From the human T2T-CHM13v2.0 reference genome, Homo sapiens, in the NCBI RefSeq assembly GCF_009914755.1, contig NC_060942.1: 64,000 nt of DNA, one strand, 5' to 3'. Positions 14,559 through 27,518 of this stretch are shown one piece after another. The position numbers and the translations under genes were made by a program. The notes beneath the pieces are model-generated. The model was not told where the DNA came from. It did not search any database and worked only from the letters and a program-made list of their open reading frames with translations. The number at the start of each line of letters is the position of its first letter. The first letter of the stretch is position 1.

Positions 14559-16579
14559 GAGTAGATTTTAGACACAATGTTATGGTGTCACACCTTGGTG
14601 GCACAGAGCAGCCTTTTCTCAGTGCCTAGCACAGTGCCTTTTAGTGACTAAATGCCCAATCAAGATGTGTAGGATGAGTAAATGTTTGGATATATACTGT
14701 GATCGCAGAAAATCTGTAGAATAAGAGGAAGAATAAAGGACTTTTTGAAAAAGCATTAGTCTGTGTTGACCTTTTCCTGTTCCCAAAACACAGAAGTCTT
14801 GGCTCGCAGACTGCCAAAGGGAAAGCCGCTGCTCATAATGAAATTCCAGGCGTGGCATCGGCTGATGGGGTGAGCCATTCCTTCGCAAGCCACCTTTAAC
14901 CTGCCTCTCTGTGGACTTGCCTGGCCTCTCAAGTGGCTGCTTCTAAAAGCCCAGGAACACTGCTGAAAACAGATGAGCACGTGTCCCTGGGATCCGTATT
15001 CCTGTGAAATCATTTGCATTCTATTAGGCAAATTTGCATAAAATTGGAGCCAAGAGAGCTTGGCTGGGTTTCCAGGCCGGCACTCTCTCTCTGTGCTGCT
15101 ATGGCCACCAGTATTTATCACCATTTACCAGGGTGGTCGAGCAAGACAGACCCCCAATTAGAATCGGCAGACAAATGGAATCTCTTCCCTATGCTGACAT
15201 GAAAATCAGTGTCCTCTGGGGTAAATGAGTGAAGGAACTCCGAGCTGCAATCTGGCTGCCGCATCCTTTGTTATGACAAGAGTTTATTTTACACGACTCT
15301 GACCTATGGCTTGAAAACACAGCTCAGTCGTGGTTGTAATGATCCAGAACGGCACACACACCTGAATGCCAAGGAGCTCAGATTCTGGCCCATGGGCCAT
15401 CTGGGAAACCAAACTCACCACCCTTCATTCCAGAAAGCCAAGGGCTTCGACTCCTAAAGCAAGGTTTACCCTCAAGGGCCTCTCCTCCTTTTAGCTAGCT
15501 ATGTTGATGGCAAGCTCCAGGCAAGGTGCAAATAGCTACCTCTAAATGCACACACTCATCCCTTTCTTTGGGACAAAGGACAAAAGTCAAATCACAGTGA
15601 TGCCCAACCTACCCATGGCCAAGGGAACAAGGTAAATTACACAACAGAGAAGGACAAAGGTGGAAGGAAAAATACACAGAAAACAATGCAATGCTATTTT
15701 ATATTTTGTTATTTTTATCTCAACTACCTATCTCTTTCTAGGACTATTCCCCAGAGAAATTCCATTTTCATTACAAAACTAGTTTCTTATGCCAGGGAAA
15801 AGGCTGCGGAGCTGTTATCATTGCCATTGTTATTTCTACTAAGGTCATCTCAGATGGCATGTCTACGTGAGATAAATGGTTTCCTAAACAGGCTTCTCTG
15901 CATCCTGCCACCACTTAGGTTTGCCCCGAGTCATCACTTCTGGGGCCTTGAAAGCAGCAGCTTCCTGGAAGGCTCAAAAGCTGGGCGGCAGCAGAGCAAC
16001 AGAATTAAGGGCTCCAAGTACTCCAAAACTGCCTGGGTTCAAATTCCAGCCCAGCCACCCAAACAGCTGTAATGGGTCCCCCTCTGCAAGCCTCAGTGTT
16101 CTCATCTGCAAGACAAGGATAAAAACACCACCACCTCCCAGTACTGTTGTAAGAAAGAAATACACGAATAGTGATAGAACGTTTAGAAAGAGTCGGGCAA
16201 AGTACAGGCCATGTGAACCTCTGTTTTATCACTGTTGTGAGTATAGCTGGGGTGTCACTTTAACACTTGCTTGTACTGCTTGTCATGTGTACCCAGCTGC
16301 CTGTGCATTCATTCATTTAGTCAATATTACTGAGCATCTATTATGTGCTTGCCTTGCGCTAAGCACTGAGTGTTCAGCGATGATCAACTGTGCACAATCT
16401 TGTTGATTCTACCTTAGAACACCTTTTCAGGTAGTCCCATCCTGGGAGTTCCTACTGCCCATGCCTTGGGGCAGCTGCCCAGCACCTTCACTTGGGCACC
16501 TGACCCCACCTTCCCATCTGGCCTCCTTGCTGCCCTCAGTGCCACCAACACACTGCTACCAGCAGTATTTTCATCAACA

Positions 16580-17100
16580 AAAAAATCCAGCCATGTCACT
16601 TAGTATCCTGCTAGAAACCTTTTACTGGCATTCCACTGCAGGAAAGGTCCAATCAAACTCCTTAGTGGGGCACATAGAGCCTTGGAGAGCGAGCCTCCAC
16701 TATCTTCCCGCTTCATCCCCTTCCATTCCATCCCCAACTGCCTCTCTTCTGGTCACTCTGGCCTTTTTGCCATTCCCAAGCTTGGCAGGCCCTTCAATTA
16801 CTCTGCTTATTTGCATATGGTACCCTTTCACATTCTCCAGAGAGCAAGATCTCTTGCTTTTTTTTTTTCTTTTTCTTTTTTTTTTTTTGAACAAACTCTT
16901 ATGTATCCTTCAAGCCCAGGCCAAACGGCACCTTCTCTGTGAAACCATCCTTAACTTTCCCAGGAAAAAACTCACTGGACTGTAATAGATCTGTTTGTGT
17001 GTCTGTTTCCCCAGGAGACTGTCCCCCCCAAGGCCAGAGATCATGTCCAGAAACCCAGTAGGCACAAAGAATGTGGAACAAACAAATGACCACGTTTTAT
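16580..17100 (-). mobile_element. Degraded L2 LINE fragment
   Basis: L2-like phrases (CCTTCAAGCCCAG...CCTTCTCTGTGAA...TAGGCAC). Confidence 0.55.
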
Positions 17101-17507
17101 TGTACAGTGGTTTCAAAATGAAGTCAGGAGGCAGAGTTGAGGCTGCAAAGCAGCTCCTCACAAAAACCACTCTATGCATCCTGCAGTGGGGGAGGTGGCT
17201 CTTCTAAATATGTGTACAACTTAATTTATGCACAGACAGAATAATTTAGATGCAGTAAGACAGCAAAAACTCCCCCCAGAAATTACATCCCCGTCCACTT
17301 GAGTCAAGTTCCTACTAATTCTCTACTCTAGAAAGGGAGGTAGGAGATGAAAAAGAATGAAAGAAGTCAGCAAACGCCCCTGAAGGTCTCTCTGCCTATT
17401 TAACACACACACATTCACAGAGAAGGTGCCATTTGGCCTGGGCTTGAAGGATATGTAAGAGTTTGTTCAAAAAAAAAAAGAAAAAAACAAAAAAGAAAGA
17501 GATCTTG
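16845..17507. repeat. Inverted duplication: arms 16845-16943 and 17414-17507, 470-nt spacer
   Basis: The 56-nt complex core matches at 53/56 in reverse complement; the poly-T/poly-A tract and CAAGATCTC end are also shared. Confidence 0.93.
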
Positions 17508-17512
17508 TGCTC

Positions 17513-17514
17513 CT

Positions 17515-17557
<43 letters not shown>
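17513..17557. repeat. (TC)n(TG)n microsatellite
   Basis: Read directly. Confidence 0.95.
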
Positions 17558-17559
<2 letters not shown>

Positions 17560-18071
17560 TTTACTTTGATATTGCTGGGATTCCTCTCTTTCACTACAGT
17601 CTGGACTGAATCATTTCACACAAGTAAATTTTTCAGATGACTGAAGCCTAAACTTTTAAAAAATTTTAACCATTTGGAATGGAGATATTTCTGTAACTTA
17701 CTACTCACTTTCCCTGAACTCTTTGACTCTTCCTACAGAAAATAACTCTGTCTTGATGACTCAGTGGCATCATTAGGAATCACTAAGATTGTCCTGTGCT
17801 ACGATCCAGCGAGAACTCCAGGAGCCGTAGAGATCTTTGTGACTGCCTGCCCCACGCAGAAGAGCCTCAGAGACTCCTGAGCTGGTTTTAAGAGCATTTT
17901 TGTCTTCTTCCTTGCTGTCAGACTCTAAAATAATTCTTTGAATAATTTACAGGCCTCCATTACCTCCTCTGTCAGGTCAATTCTAATTTAATATATTTGC
18001 TGTTTCTATTGGCTGGGTGGGGAGCGGAAATGACAACCAATTTTTTGAGAAAATGGACTTTTAAAAAAGCA

Positions 18072-18462
18072 AATGGTATGGAATATTATTCAGCCTTAAA
18101 AAGGAATGAAATTCTGATGCATGCCATGACATGGGTGAACTCTGAAAATATGTTAGATAAAACAAGCTAGACACAAAAGGACAAATATTGTCTGATTCCA
18201 CTTATGGGAAGAATCAAATTCTTCCTCGAAGAGTCAAATTTATAGAGACAGAAAATAGAATAGTGGCTACCTAGGACTGGGGAGAAAAAGAAACAGGGAG
18301 TTATAGTTTAATGGGTAGAGTTTCCATTTGGAATGATGAACAAGTTCTGGAAACAGATGTCAGTAATGGCTTACATAATGGTTTATGTAACAAAGTAAAT
18401 GTGCTGAAAGCCACTGAACTATACATTTAAAATTGGTGGAAAACGTAAATTTTATGTATATC
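18072..18462 (+). mobile_element. L1M 3' end fragment
   Basis: ATGGAATATTATTCAGCCTTAAAAAGGAATGAAATTCTG...CCACTGAACTATACATTTAAAA. Confidence 0.85.
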
Positions 18463-19102
18463 TTAACTCACACACACACCACATACATACATACGTATGC
18501 ATATTTATACAGATATATTTTTACATGAACTGGTTGAGAAGGTTGGCTGAGCTCTTATGAGCAATGGGTATGAACTTTAGCATATGTACTTCATGACATC
18601 CCTCTGCACAGAAGGGGCTGAAATGACTTCCTAGTTCCTAGTTGTGATTCACACCGTCATCAAGAAACAATGATCTCCGAAGGCGCTAATGTATTTTGCA
18701 ATCATAAAGATCTTTTACTCACAAATTACAGTACTGGCGACAAACAGGCACTCCGAGCTTCTTGGAGAACATTATGAATAATCCCAAAGAGAACTGAGCT
18801 CCAGAAGGGGCGGGGCTTTGTCCTTTTCACACGGGAAACCAGTGCGCCTGTCCACGGCACAGAATCCAAATCTACTCTTCCCTTCTCCTGAGATCAAACT
18901 CTAGAACTAAGAGGTCACATGTAAAGCTGTTAAAAGAACAAAAATACTGATTATCTGAATTCATTAGGATCTTAAGGATATGTAAAAACTACATAATGCA
19001 GTCTTTTAAATATTACAATGTTGGGTTATGTCTTATAAATGAAATATTTTAGGTAATATTGGACGAATATTTTTAAAGTAGTCTGGTCTATAAAAGAGAG
19101 GA

Positions 19103-19376
19103 GGCCAGGTGTGGTGGCTCACGCCTGTAATCCCAGCACTTTGGGAGGGAGGCCGAGGCAGGTGGATCATCTGAGGTCAGGAGTTCGAGACCAGCCTGGC
19201 CAACATGATGAAAACCAGTCTCTACTAAAAAAAATACAAAAAAATGAGCTAGGCGTGCTGGCAGGCGCCTGTAATCCCAGCTACTCGGGAGGCTGAGGTT
19301 GCAGTGAGCCGGGACTGCACCACTGCACTCCAGCCTGGGCAACAAGAGCAAAACTCCTTCTCAAAAAAAAAAAAAA
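19103..19376 (+). mobile_element. Alu with an internal right-arm deletion
   Basis: GGGAGGCTGAGG joins directly to TTGCAGTGAG. Confidence 0.93.
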
Positions 19377-21651
19377 GAGAGAGAAAGAGAGAAAGAGAGA
19401 GAGGAAATAGTTGGTGGCTTGTTCAGTTCAACTAACACAGAGCCTGGGGTTTGGGGAGCCTGATGGTGAACTCTGTCTTGCTTAATGAAAGGTCACTATT
19501 GTCCCTCTGCCCGAATAATAATTTCCCTTCCTTTTTGGCTTCCTTATGAAATACCACGAAGCTCTACTCTAAAAAGTCATAACATGTTGTGCCCAGGGAA
19601 GATGTTGAATTGAAATTTTTTAATATGTGCTTTATTAAACAAACCACTTAAAACATTATTTTTGTCCTTCTGAAGAGTGACTTATTCTGCACATGAATTC
19701 AGAGTGAGTTAAATATTCAACCTATATATGTTTCATAACACAAGAGATATATAAATAAATGAGAAAGTAGGGGGGAAAAAGAGGTTTAGTAAGGATGCAG
19801 TAAGAGTTTCCTATCTTGTCAGAATTTCGCGTTTAAGTTTCTTTTAAGAAAGTAGTTTCCTGGCCCATGCTGAAACTCCCTTAGCCCTGCAAATAACACA
19901 AGGGCATCCTGTTCAAATGTTATTATGGAAACACTGTGCTGTTCTGGGCCAAATGTATCCAAATTAAACTGAGGGGGATGGAAATAACTCTCCCTTGATA
20001 CGCCCTGGTTGCTGAAGGTGGGTTTGTTTTTAAGTAGAATAAAATGTACAGCTGAATATAAAAACAGATACATCCTCATCTTGTAAACCTGAGTGACATG
20101 TCATTCCACCTCTGGACTCTAGAAGAAAAAAAACACTAAGGTCATGCCTAAAATAAAAAGAGTGAAGGGAAAAGGATCATACCAGAGGTAAAACCGCAGA
20201 CTTTCCCCACCTTTTTATTAAGGTATTAGGCAGGTTACAATTTGACAGTGAGATCATTTCTCTGGAACCAGGAAGGCACTGTGGGTTTGTTTTTCCAACG
20301 CACACTCTGACCCCTGTAAGAGCTTCTGAATCAGGTGTCTGGTCTTGGTAGGAACCAGTGATTAGTACTTATTTTTCAAAGGCTATTTAAACAGACTCTA
20401 GGAGTCAAAAGGGAGACAGAAAAAAAAAGTTGTTTCATTTATTTTTTAACTATGAGAGAACTTAAAATTACATGTTGTAGGAAAGATTTCACCTTCTAGT
20501 TATTAAAATAAAGATGACTAACTGGCTTCCTAAAGAACCCAAAAGGTCACATGCATAAAGTTGTTCTTTTGTAATATGTTTCTGTTTAAATTTTTGTTTT
20601 AAAAATTTAAGTTCCAGAGGACATGAACATCACTTGGATTGCCTAAATAAAGGATGCTGGTTTTGCCTCTTACCAGGCAAAGTCAATTGACTTTGCAGAA
20701 CCTCTGTTTCCGCATCTATAAATCCACTTCCTGCCCTCAGGGAGAGGTTATTGAGGTTAAATAATCTCCTATCCCTAAAAGTGTTAAATCCAGGGTCTGG
20801 CACATATTGGGGTTCAATAAATATTCATTTCCTTCCTTCCTCCTGACTTTCGGTGACTGAGGCCAATGACCAATGTTGTCATAAATGGAAATGGGGAAAT
20901 GAGAAGGATGAGTAGGTAAGGAAAAGATTGCGCTAAACATTTTAGCCAAAAATAGTAAAAGTCTCTTTAAGTTCATATTGTTCATGGTAACTCATTTTAA
21001 ACTGATGTAAGGGCTATATTATACTAATACATTTATTATTTTTAAGGTACAACACTGTTTTCAACTATTAATGAAGAAAAACCCATTAAATCTCCTCTGT
21101 GTAAACTTGTAGTACTGCTTGAAAAATCTCAAAGACCAAGGAAGAAGTTAATATTGTCCCATCAGCACCCTTGCACTGCATTGCCCTGTTTTCATTACTT
21201 TGTGGCCCTTATGTTATATTGTTAATTTTTAAGTTGTTTACTTTTCTGACTTCCTCACAATGTGGGATTCACAAGAGATGGGAGAGTTCTTAACCTGTCA
21301 TGTTTTCTGTTATAGCTCCAGCCCCTAGAACAATGATTGGCCCAGAGTAGGCTCTTTACAGTAAACAAATATTTATAAATATTTGTTGATTGAATGAACT
21401 TGCAGTAACATGCCCTTTACTACTGCGGAAACCCTACTGATGAAGGCTCCACCATTTTCAACATTCAAAAAACATGTACCAAATATTTTTGGTCACCTAA
21501 AAAGAGGAGCCCAGTGTTATTTTTTTAATTTTATTTAGTTACTAAAGGAGATAGTGTCTCAGTCAATGCTCTATGAGCAAATTTAAAGACTCTGAAGGAC
21601 TTCTTCATATTTATTAGTGTTTGTTCTTTTAATTTTTTTGTTTCACATCCT

Positions 21652-21790
21652 TTTTAAATTTTTTAAACTTTTAAGTTCAGGGGCACATGTACAGGTTTGT
21701 CACATAGGTAAACTTGTTGGATGTTGTTATACAGATTATTTCATCCACCCACGTATCAAGCCTAGTACCCATTAGTTATTTTTCCTGATG
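21652..21790 (-). mobile_element. 5'-truncated L1PA/L1PB 3' end
   Basis: ACTTTTAAGTTCAGGGGCACATGTACAGGTTTGT...CAGATTATTTCATC...TAGTACCCATTAGTTATTTTTCCTGAT. Confidence 0.85.
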
Positions 21791-22850
21791 GTCCAATGCG
21801 GCATTTTCTTGGGAAAAGAAAAAAGAAAGATGGAAGAGCAACATTTACAGGACTACACTTACGGGCACTTCCGATTAAAGCTAATTACAACCTTTGAAAA
21901 TAATAAATAAGGACTCTGAGGAATTCAAAGAAATAAAGGCAGCAAACAGCATGCTAACATAACACCGTTGCTAGTCAGGTGTCAACAAGCAAAAACAGTC
22001 ACACATGTTCATCTAATTCCAATTGGCCCCTGTTGAAAGGGGCTGTTTTACAGGGCCTTCAAGTGTTAGAGACCTCGCACGTCAATCCTACTACTGTCCC
22101 TTCAGCTCATGTCCAAGCCCGCCTGGCTCATAAGCGCATCCTCACAGGGTCTTGAGCTGATGGTAGGCACCAAATGGAAGCAGCTAGATCCCCCTCTGCT
22201 GCAAGCATGAGAAACGCTGCAAAGGCTGAATCGAAGAAGGGAAAGTAACCAGAAACAAAAGACTGCATTCCAACTTCCCTGAACATTTTTGACACAGAAA
22301 GCAGTAGAGTATACTAGTTTTCAAAATGCAATATATTTCAGTCTCTACTAAGCAATCTTGTGTCTTTATGAACACATATCCAGAGAAGCAGCACAGGATA
22401 AAGAAATATCTACGGGATTCCCAACCCAGGGAATGAATATCAGCTCTTCCTGTGCTTATTGGCTCGTACACACCTTTGTTGGGCGAACTTTCTTCTTTAC
22501 ATGGGCATAAACAAATAACTAACAGTGTGTGTGGGGAGGAAAGTAAGGAGAAGTTGGAATACAATATCTGCCTTGCTTAGGGTTGTTGTGAAGATCAAAT
22601 GGGCCAACAGATATGGAATTTTTTTTTAGAAACTTTAAAATCCTACGTAAAGGCAAGAAACCACTGTCATTTTTTTCACCCGGAAAAAAATTCTATGAAA
22701 ACTGCCTTTCATAATTGAATTCTTTCCTCAAATATACTTTTATTAACTGATAGTTAATAAAGATTTATCACACGGTGAATTCTAACAAAAATAGTTTTTA
22801 ACCAGACAATTTTTTAAAAGTGAAATAAGAAAAAATATATATTTGTATAA

Positions 22851-23178
22851 GGTCAGGTGAGGTGACCCATGCCTGTAATCCCAGTACTTTGGGAGGCGGA
22901 GGCAGGAGGATTGCTTGAAGCCAGGAGTTTGTGACCAGCCTGGGCAACAAAGTGAGATCCTGTCGCAAAAAAAGATAAGACAGACATTATCTAGGTGTGG
23001 TGGCATGCACCTGTAGTCCCAGCTACTCAGGAGACTGAGGTGGGAGGATCACTTGAGCCCCGGAGTTCGAGGCAGCAGTGAACCGATATGGTGCCACTGC
23101 ACTCCAGCCTGGGCAACAGAGCAAGACCTTATCTCCAAAAACAAACAAATAAACAAACAAACAAAAAACACAAAAAAG
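22851..23178 (+). mobile_element. AluJ-like element
   Basis: GAGGATTGCTTGA diagnostics; (CAAA)n tail. Confidence 0.93.
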
Positions 23179-23815
23179 CATTTATATATAACCAGAACAA
23201 TGACCACATTCTTTCCAAGTTGTACAGAAAGACCAGCAAAGCTGAGGAAGAACTGAGCCATGTTCTAAAGCATTCAGTCAATCATTACCTCTTCCAAAAA
23301 ATCTCTCCACTCTAGTCCTAATCATTGTGCAAAGCTAGCAATTTCTTGCCGTTCCCACTACCATTCCTCTAGGTCAGGCACTTGATCTCTTGCCCGTTTG
23401 CTGAAAGAGCCTTCTATCTGGTCACTGATTTCTCCCCCGTCTCATTAACGGTCTGGAGTGGAGTCAGGGTGACGTATCTGAAACAAACTCTTCCAGGGTG
23501 GGCCACCTCTAGCATCATCTTTCTGACCCACCCACTTGCACTCTCCACTCCAGCCAGGCTGAACTCCTCAGCTCCTGCAGTCCACCATGTGGCCGCTTGC
23601 CTCTGGCCTTTGTTCCTGAAGTTCTGCCTGGGGCCACACTTGGTTCCTCCCACCCACTTCACTACATTGATTCCTGCTCATCCTTCAGGCTTCAGTCCCC
23701 TTCCTGGGAAGACTTCCTTGACTCCAATAAATGCCACCACTATTGCTGCATCTCTTCTCATAGCTTTAAACATGCTCTCCTGCAGCTGATGTTGAATGGT
23801 CTTCACTCCCCCAGA

Positions 23816-24021
23816 CCAAGCTTGTCCAATCCATGGCAGGCTTTGAATACAGCCCAACACACATTTGTAAACTTTCTTAAAATATTATGAGGTTTTTTTG
23901 TGCTTTTTTTTTTTTTTTAGCTCATCAGCTATCATTCGTGTTAGCGTATTTTACGTGTGGCCCAAGACAATTCTTCTTCTTCCAATGTGGCCCAGGGAAG
24001 CCAAAAGATTGGATAGCACTG
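23816..24021. mobile_element. MER30 hAT DNA transposon
   Basis: GTCCAATC...GTGTGGCCCAAGACAATTCTTCTTCTTCCAATGTGGCCCAGGGAAGCCAAAAGATTGGA. Confidence 0.85.
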
Positions 24022-25814
24022 CCCTAGACTATCAGCCACGCCGCTCTGGCTCTCACTTCCCACTTCCCCAGGGCCTGGCTCAATATTTTTTTAAAAGTAT
24101 GGTATAAATGAATAACTGATCTCTTGTTCTGTCTGCTTTAATCATGTGACTGAGTGCAAAAAAACAATTACCCACTTAAAAACACAGAGATGCAAGTGAA
24201 TCCTTTGCCATAACAATGAGCCCACTCTTTATCAATACCCTGTTGTGCCAAACAGGTAGAGAGGTTTTAAAAAAGAGTCAAGTATCCCAACTCATATTAA
24301 ATTTCCCCATATTCTCCATATTTTAAAAGCACTGGTTTAGTCATGGGTGATGCCCTTTAAGTATTCCGTACAAAAGGTATTTTCAAATTCCAATGACATG
24401 TACTTTCATCGGTTAATTTTTAATTGAGCCAAATATTAAATGTTCACATTAACCAGACAAAGCATTTTTAGCTACTGATTTGCAGTGACAGCTTGTGTTA
24501 TTCTCACACACAGGCCAAGCATGAAATAGAAAACTAATAACCCCTTAACTGTATTCTCAAAGTATCATTTATGGGAAAGAAAACTACATTCAAAGGAAAC
24601 TTGTGCAATGGCTGTCATTTTTTTCCCTGAGCCACAAGCTGTTACAAAGCAGGAGAGCTCATTTTCTCACAGATACGGACAAGCTCAAGAATCCCACTGT
24701 CACTGGATGTATTCATTAAGAAGGAATCTGGCAGCAGCACAGGGGACAGATACTTTGGAGAACAGGCCAATTATCTGGGTGTCCTTTATAATTTGAAGTT
24801 TCTGAATTCACTCATAGATAAGCTGCTTGAAGAGGGCCTGGCAATGGGAACATAATGCACAGATGGCCACTGAAGAAACAAGAGGGAGGAAGGGAGGCTG
24901 GAAGAGAGAAGAGAATTTGCTTGTGGTTTCATTCATGGGGACAAATCTACAAGCTGACACATTCATCTTTTTAAAAAGCCCCTGGAGAAGTATGGTCAAG
25001 CTTCACTACAAGTAAACAAATCAAAATCTTTCTCAAACAGATGACAACTGATGAGCAACAATGCTTTGAGTTTGCTTCATGCTAACGGATGAGGGTTCTC
25101 AAAATACAAATTCCATCAGTTGTTAAAACCACAGATAGGCTGTGATGCTGGCTTGAACCAGAATAGAGAACTCAGCCAAAAGCTGCCAGGCCAATGGTTT
25201 TATGTAAGACATCCCAGGTGGTCTTCTTGTTGAGCAGTGTCTTTAGAAATGGAATCTTAGGTTCTGTCGCCTCTGGGAATGCCGCACTGTACTGACTTCC
25301 ACCTTCAATTGGCTGCTTATTTTTATGGGAGAAGAACGAGGGGATCATTTATCCTTGTGACTTTTGTGCTGCAGTTCTTTTTATATTTGAGCTACAACAC
25401 TGATCAGAGTTAAAATCCACCTTGCTCCCACTGTGAGAACCTTGGGCCAGCCCTGCTTTCTATAATGATGGGGTGATGAATAATCTCAGCCTTCAAAACC
25501 TTTTCAGTCTGGGTTAGGCTTGAGATGTGAAACAAAAGGAATGAGAGCAACTAGGCATATGTACATACACTGTGTGTCTACAACCTTCGTATAAACAGAT
25601 AGAATGTGACAACCAGCAGGCTGGTATCTATATTAGCATTAAGGACCAATAAATGTCAAATGTTTAATATAGAGCAAAATCTAGATTTCTCTTCAGGAAT
25701 AAATGATATACTTTTTCAATTCAATGAAAAGGATGAAATCAAAACACTTAATAGGTATTTTTCTTCTTTCATTTCTATTAAATATTAATGAACCTGTAGG
25801 ATGGGACATTTCAG

Positions 25815-25843
25815 ACACACACACACACACACACAAACACACA
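25815..25843. repeat. (CA)n microsatellite
   Basis: Read directly. Confidence 0.9.
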
Positions 25844-26777
25844 CTATAATAAAAGAAGTAGGAGAAAATTAGCTGCTTAGGATGAATTGCTCAGAATGCC
25901 CTAACATAATCATTTTATTCATTCATTCAATAAACAGTCATTGTGTGTGCCTATTACCTACTATGCTTGGTGCCAGGTTGAATTTAATAGAAGAAATATT
26001 TTATTAATAAGGAAGTCTCAATGAGAAAGGACACCTTGATTTTGTAAGACCTAGAGTCACACATAGAGGATACTATTAGGATATTTGGAACAATACTAAT
26101 TTGACTCAAGTTGAAGTACTCATTAAGTTGGCAAACTGGTAGTGGGAAGCCAAGCTTTGAACAGCAAAGCTGCAGGTTAACCACCTTAACCCAATCCATG
26201 CAAGTCTACAGATTACCTTTGGGAAAAGGTGGGGTGCAAACAACAGTCGCAAACTAAGACAGCATCAGCAGTAGCATTTAGGACCACTTAGGGCAATGAA
26301 AGAAGGCAAAAGAGAAACCTACATGATTCGAGGGGAAAGACATATTATGGTTCAACCTCAATTTTTCTCTTGAGATCCAGATCCTTATGTCTAAGGCTTA
26401 CTGGGCATTTCCACTTGGATATCCTACTGGAATGTCCAAAATGAAATTCATCACATGTACGCCACAAAGCAGTAACTGTTGTTATCTTTCCTTTCCCTCT
26501 GGAAGACAGTATCATTTTTTGAGGCAGCCAGGATGGCACTTGAGTCCTGATTCTTTCCCTCCCTCATTCCTCACATTCGACCTGCTGTCAGTCCTTTGAT
26601 TCTACACGTGCAGTGTGCCCACATCTGTCCTGTCCTTTCTGTTCCAGGTGCTTCAGACCTCATACCTGGTCTCCCCCGTCCAGGCTCAGTCACTGTCAAT
26701 CTTCCTCCCACGCACACATCCTGCCTTGTCTGAGAACCTTTGCAACATCCTTTCAACATCCCTGGTACAGTTAAACG

Positions 26778-27518
<741 letters not shown>

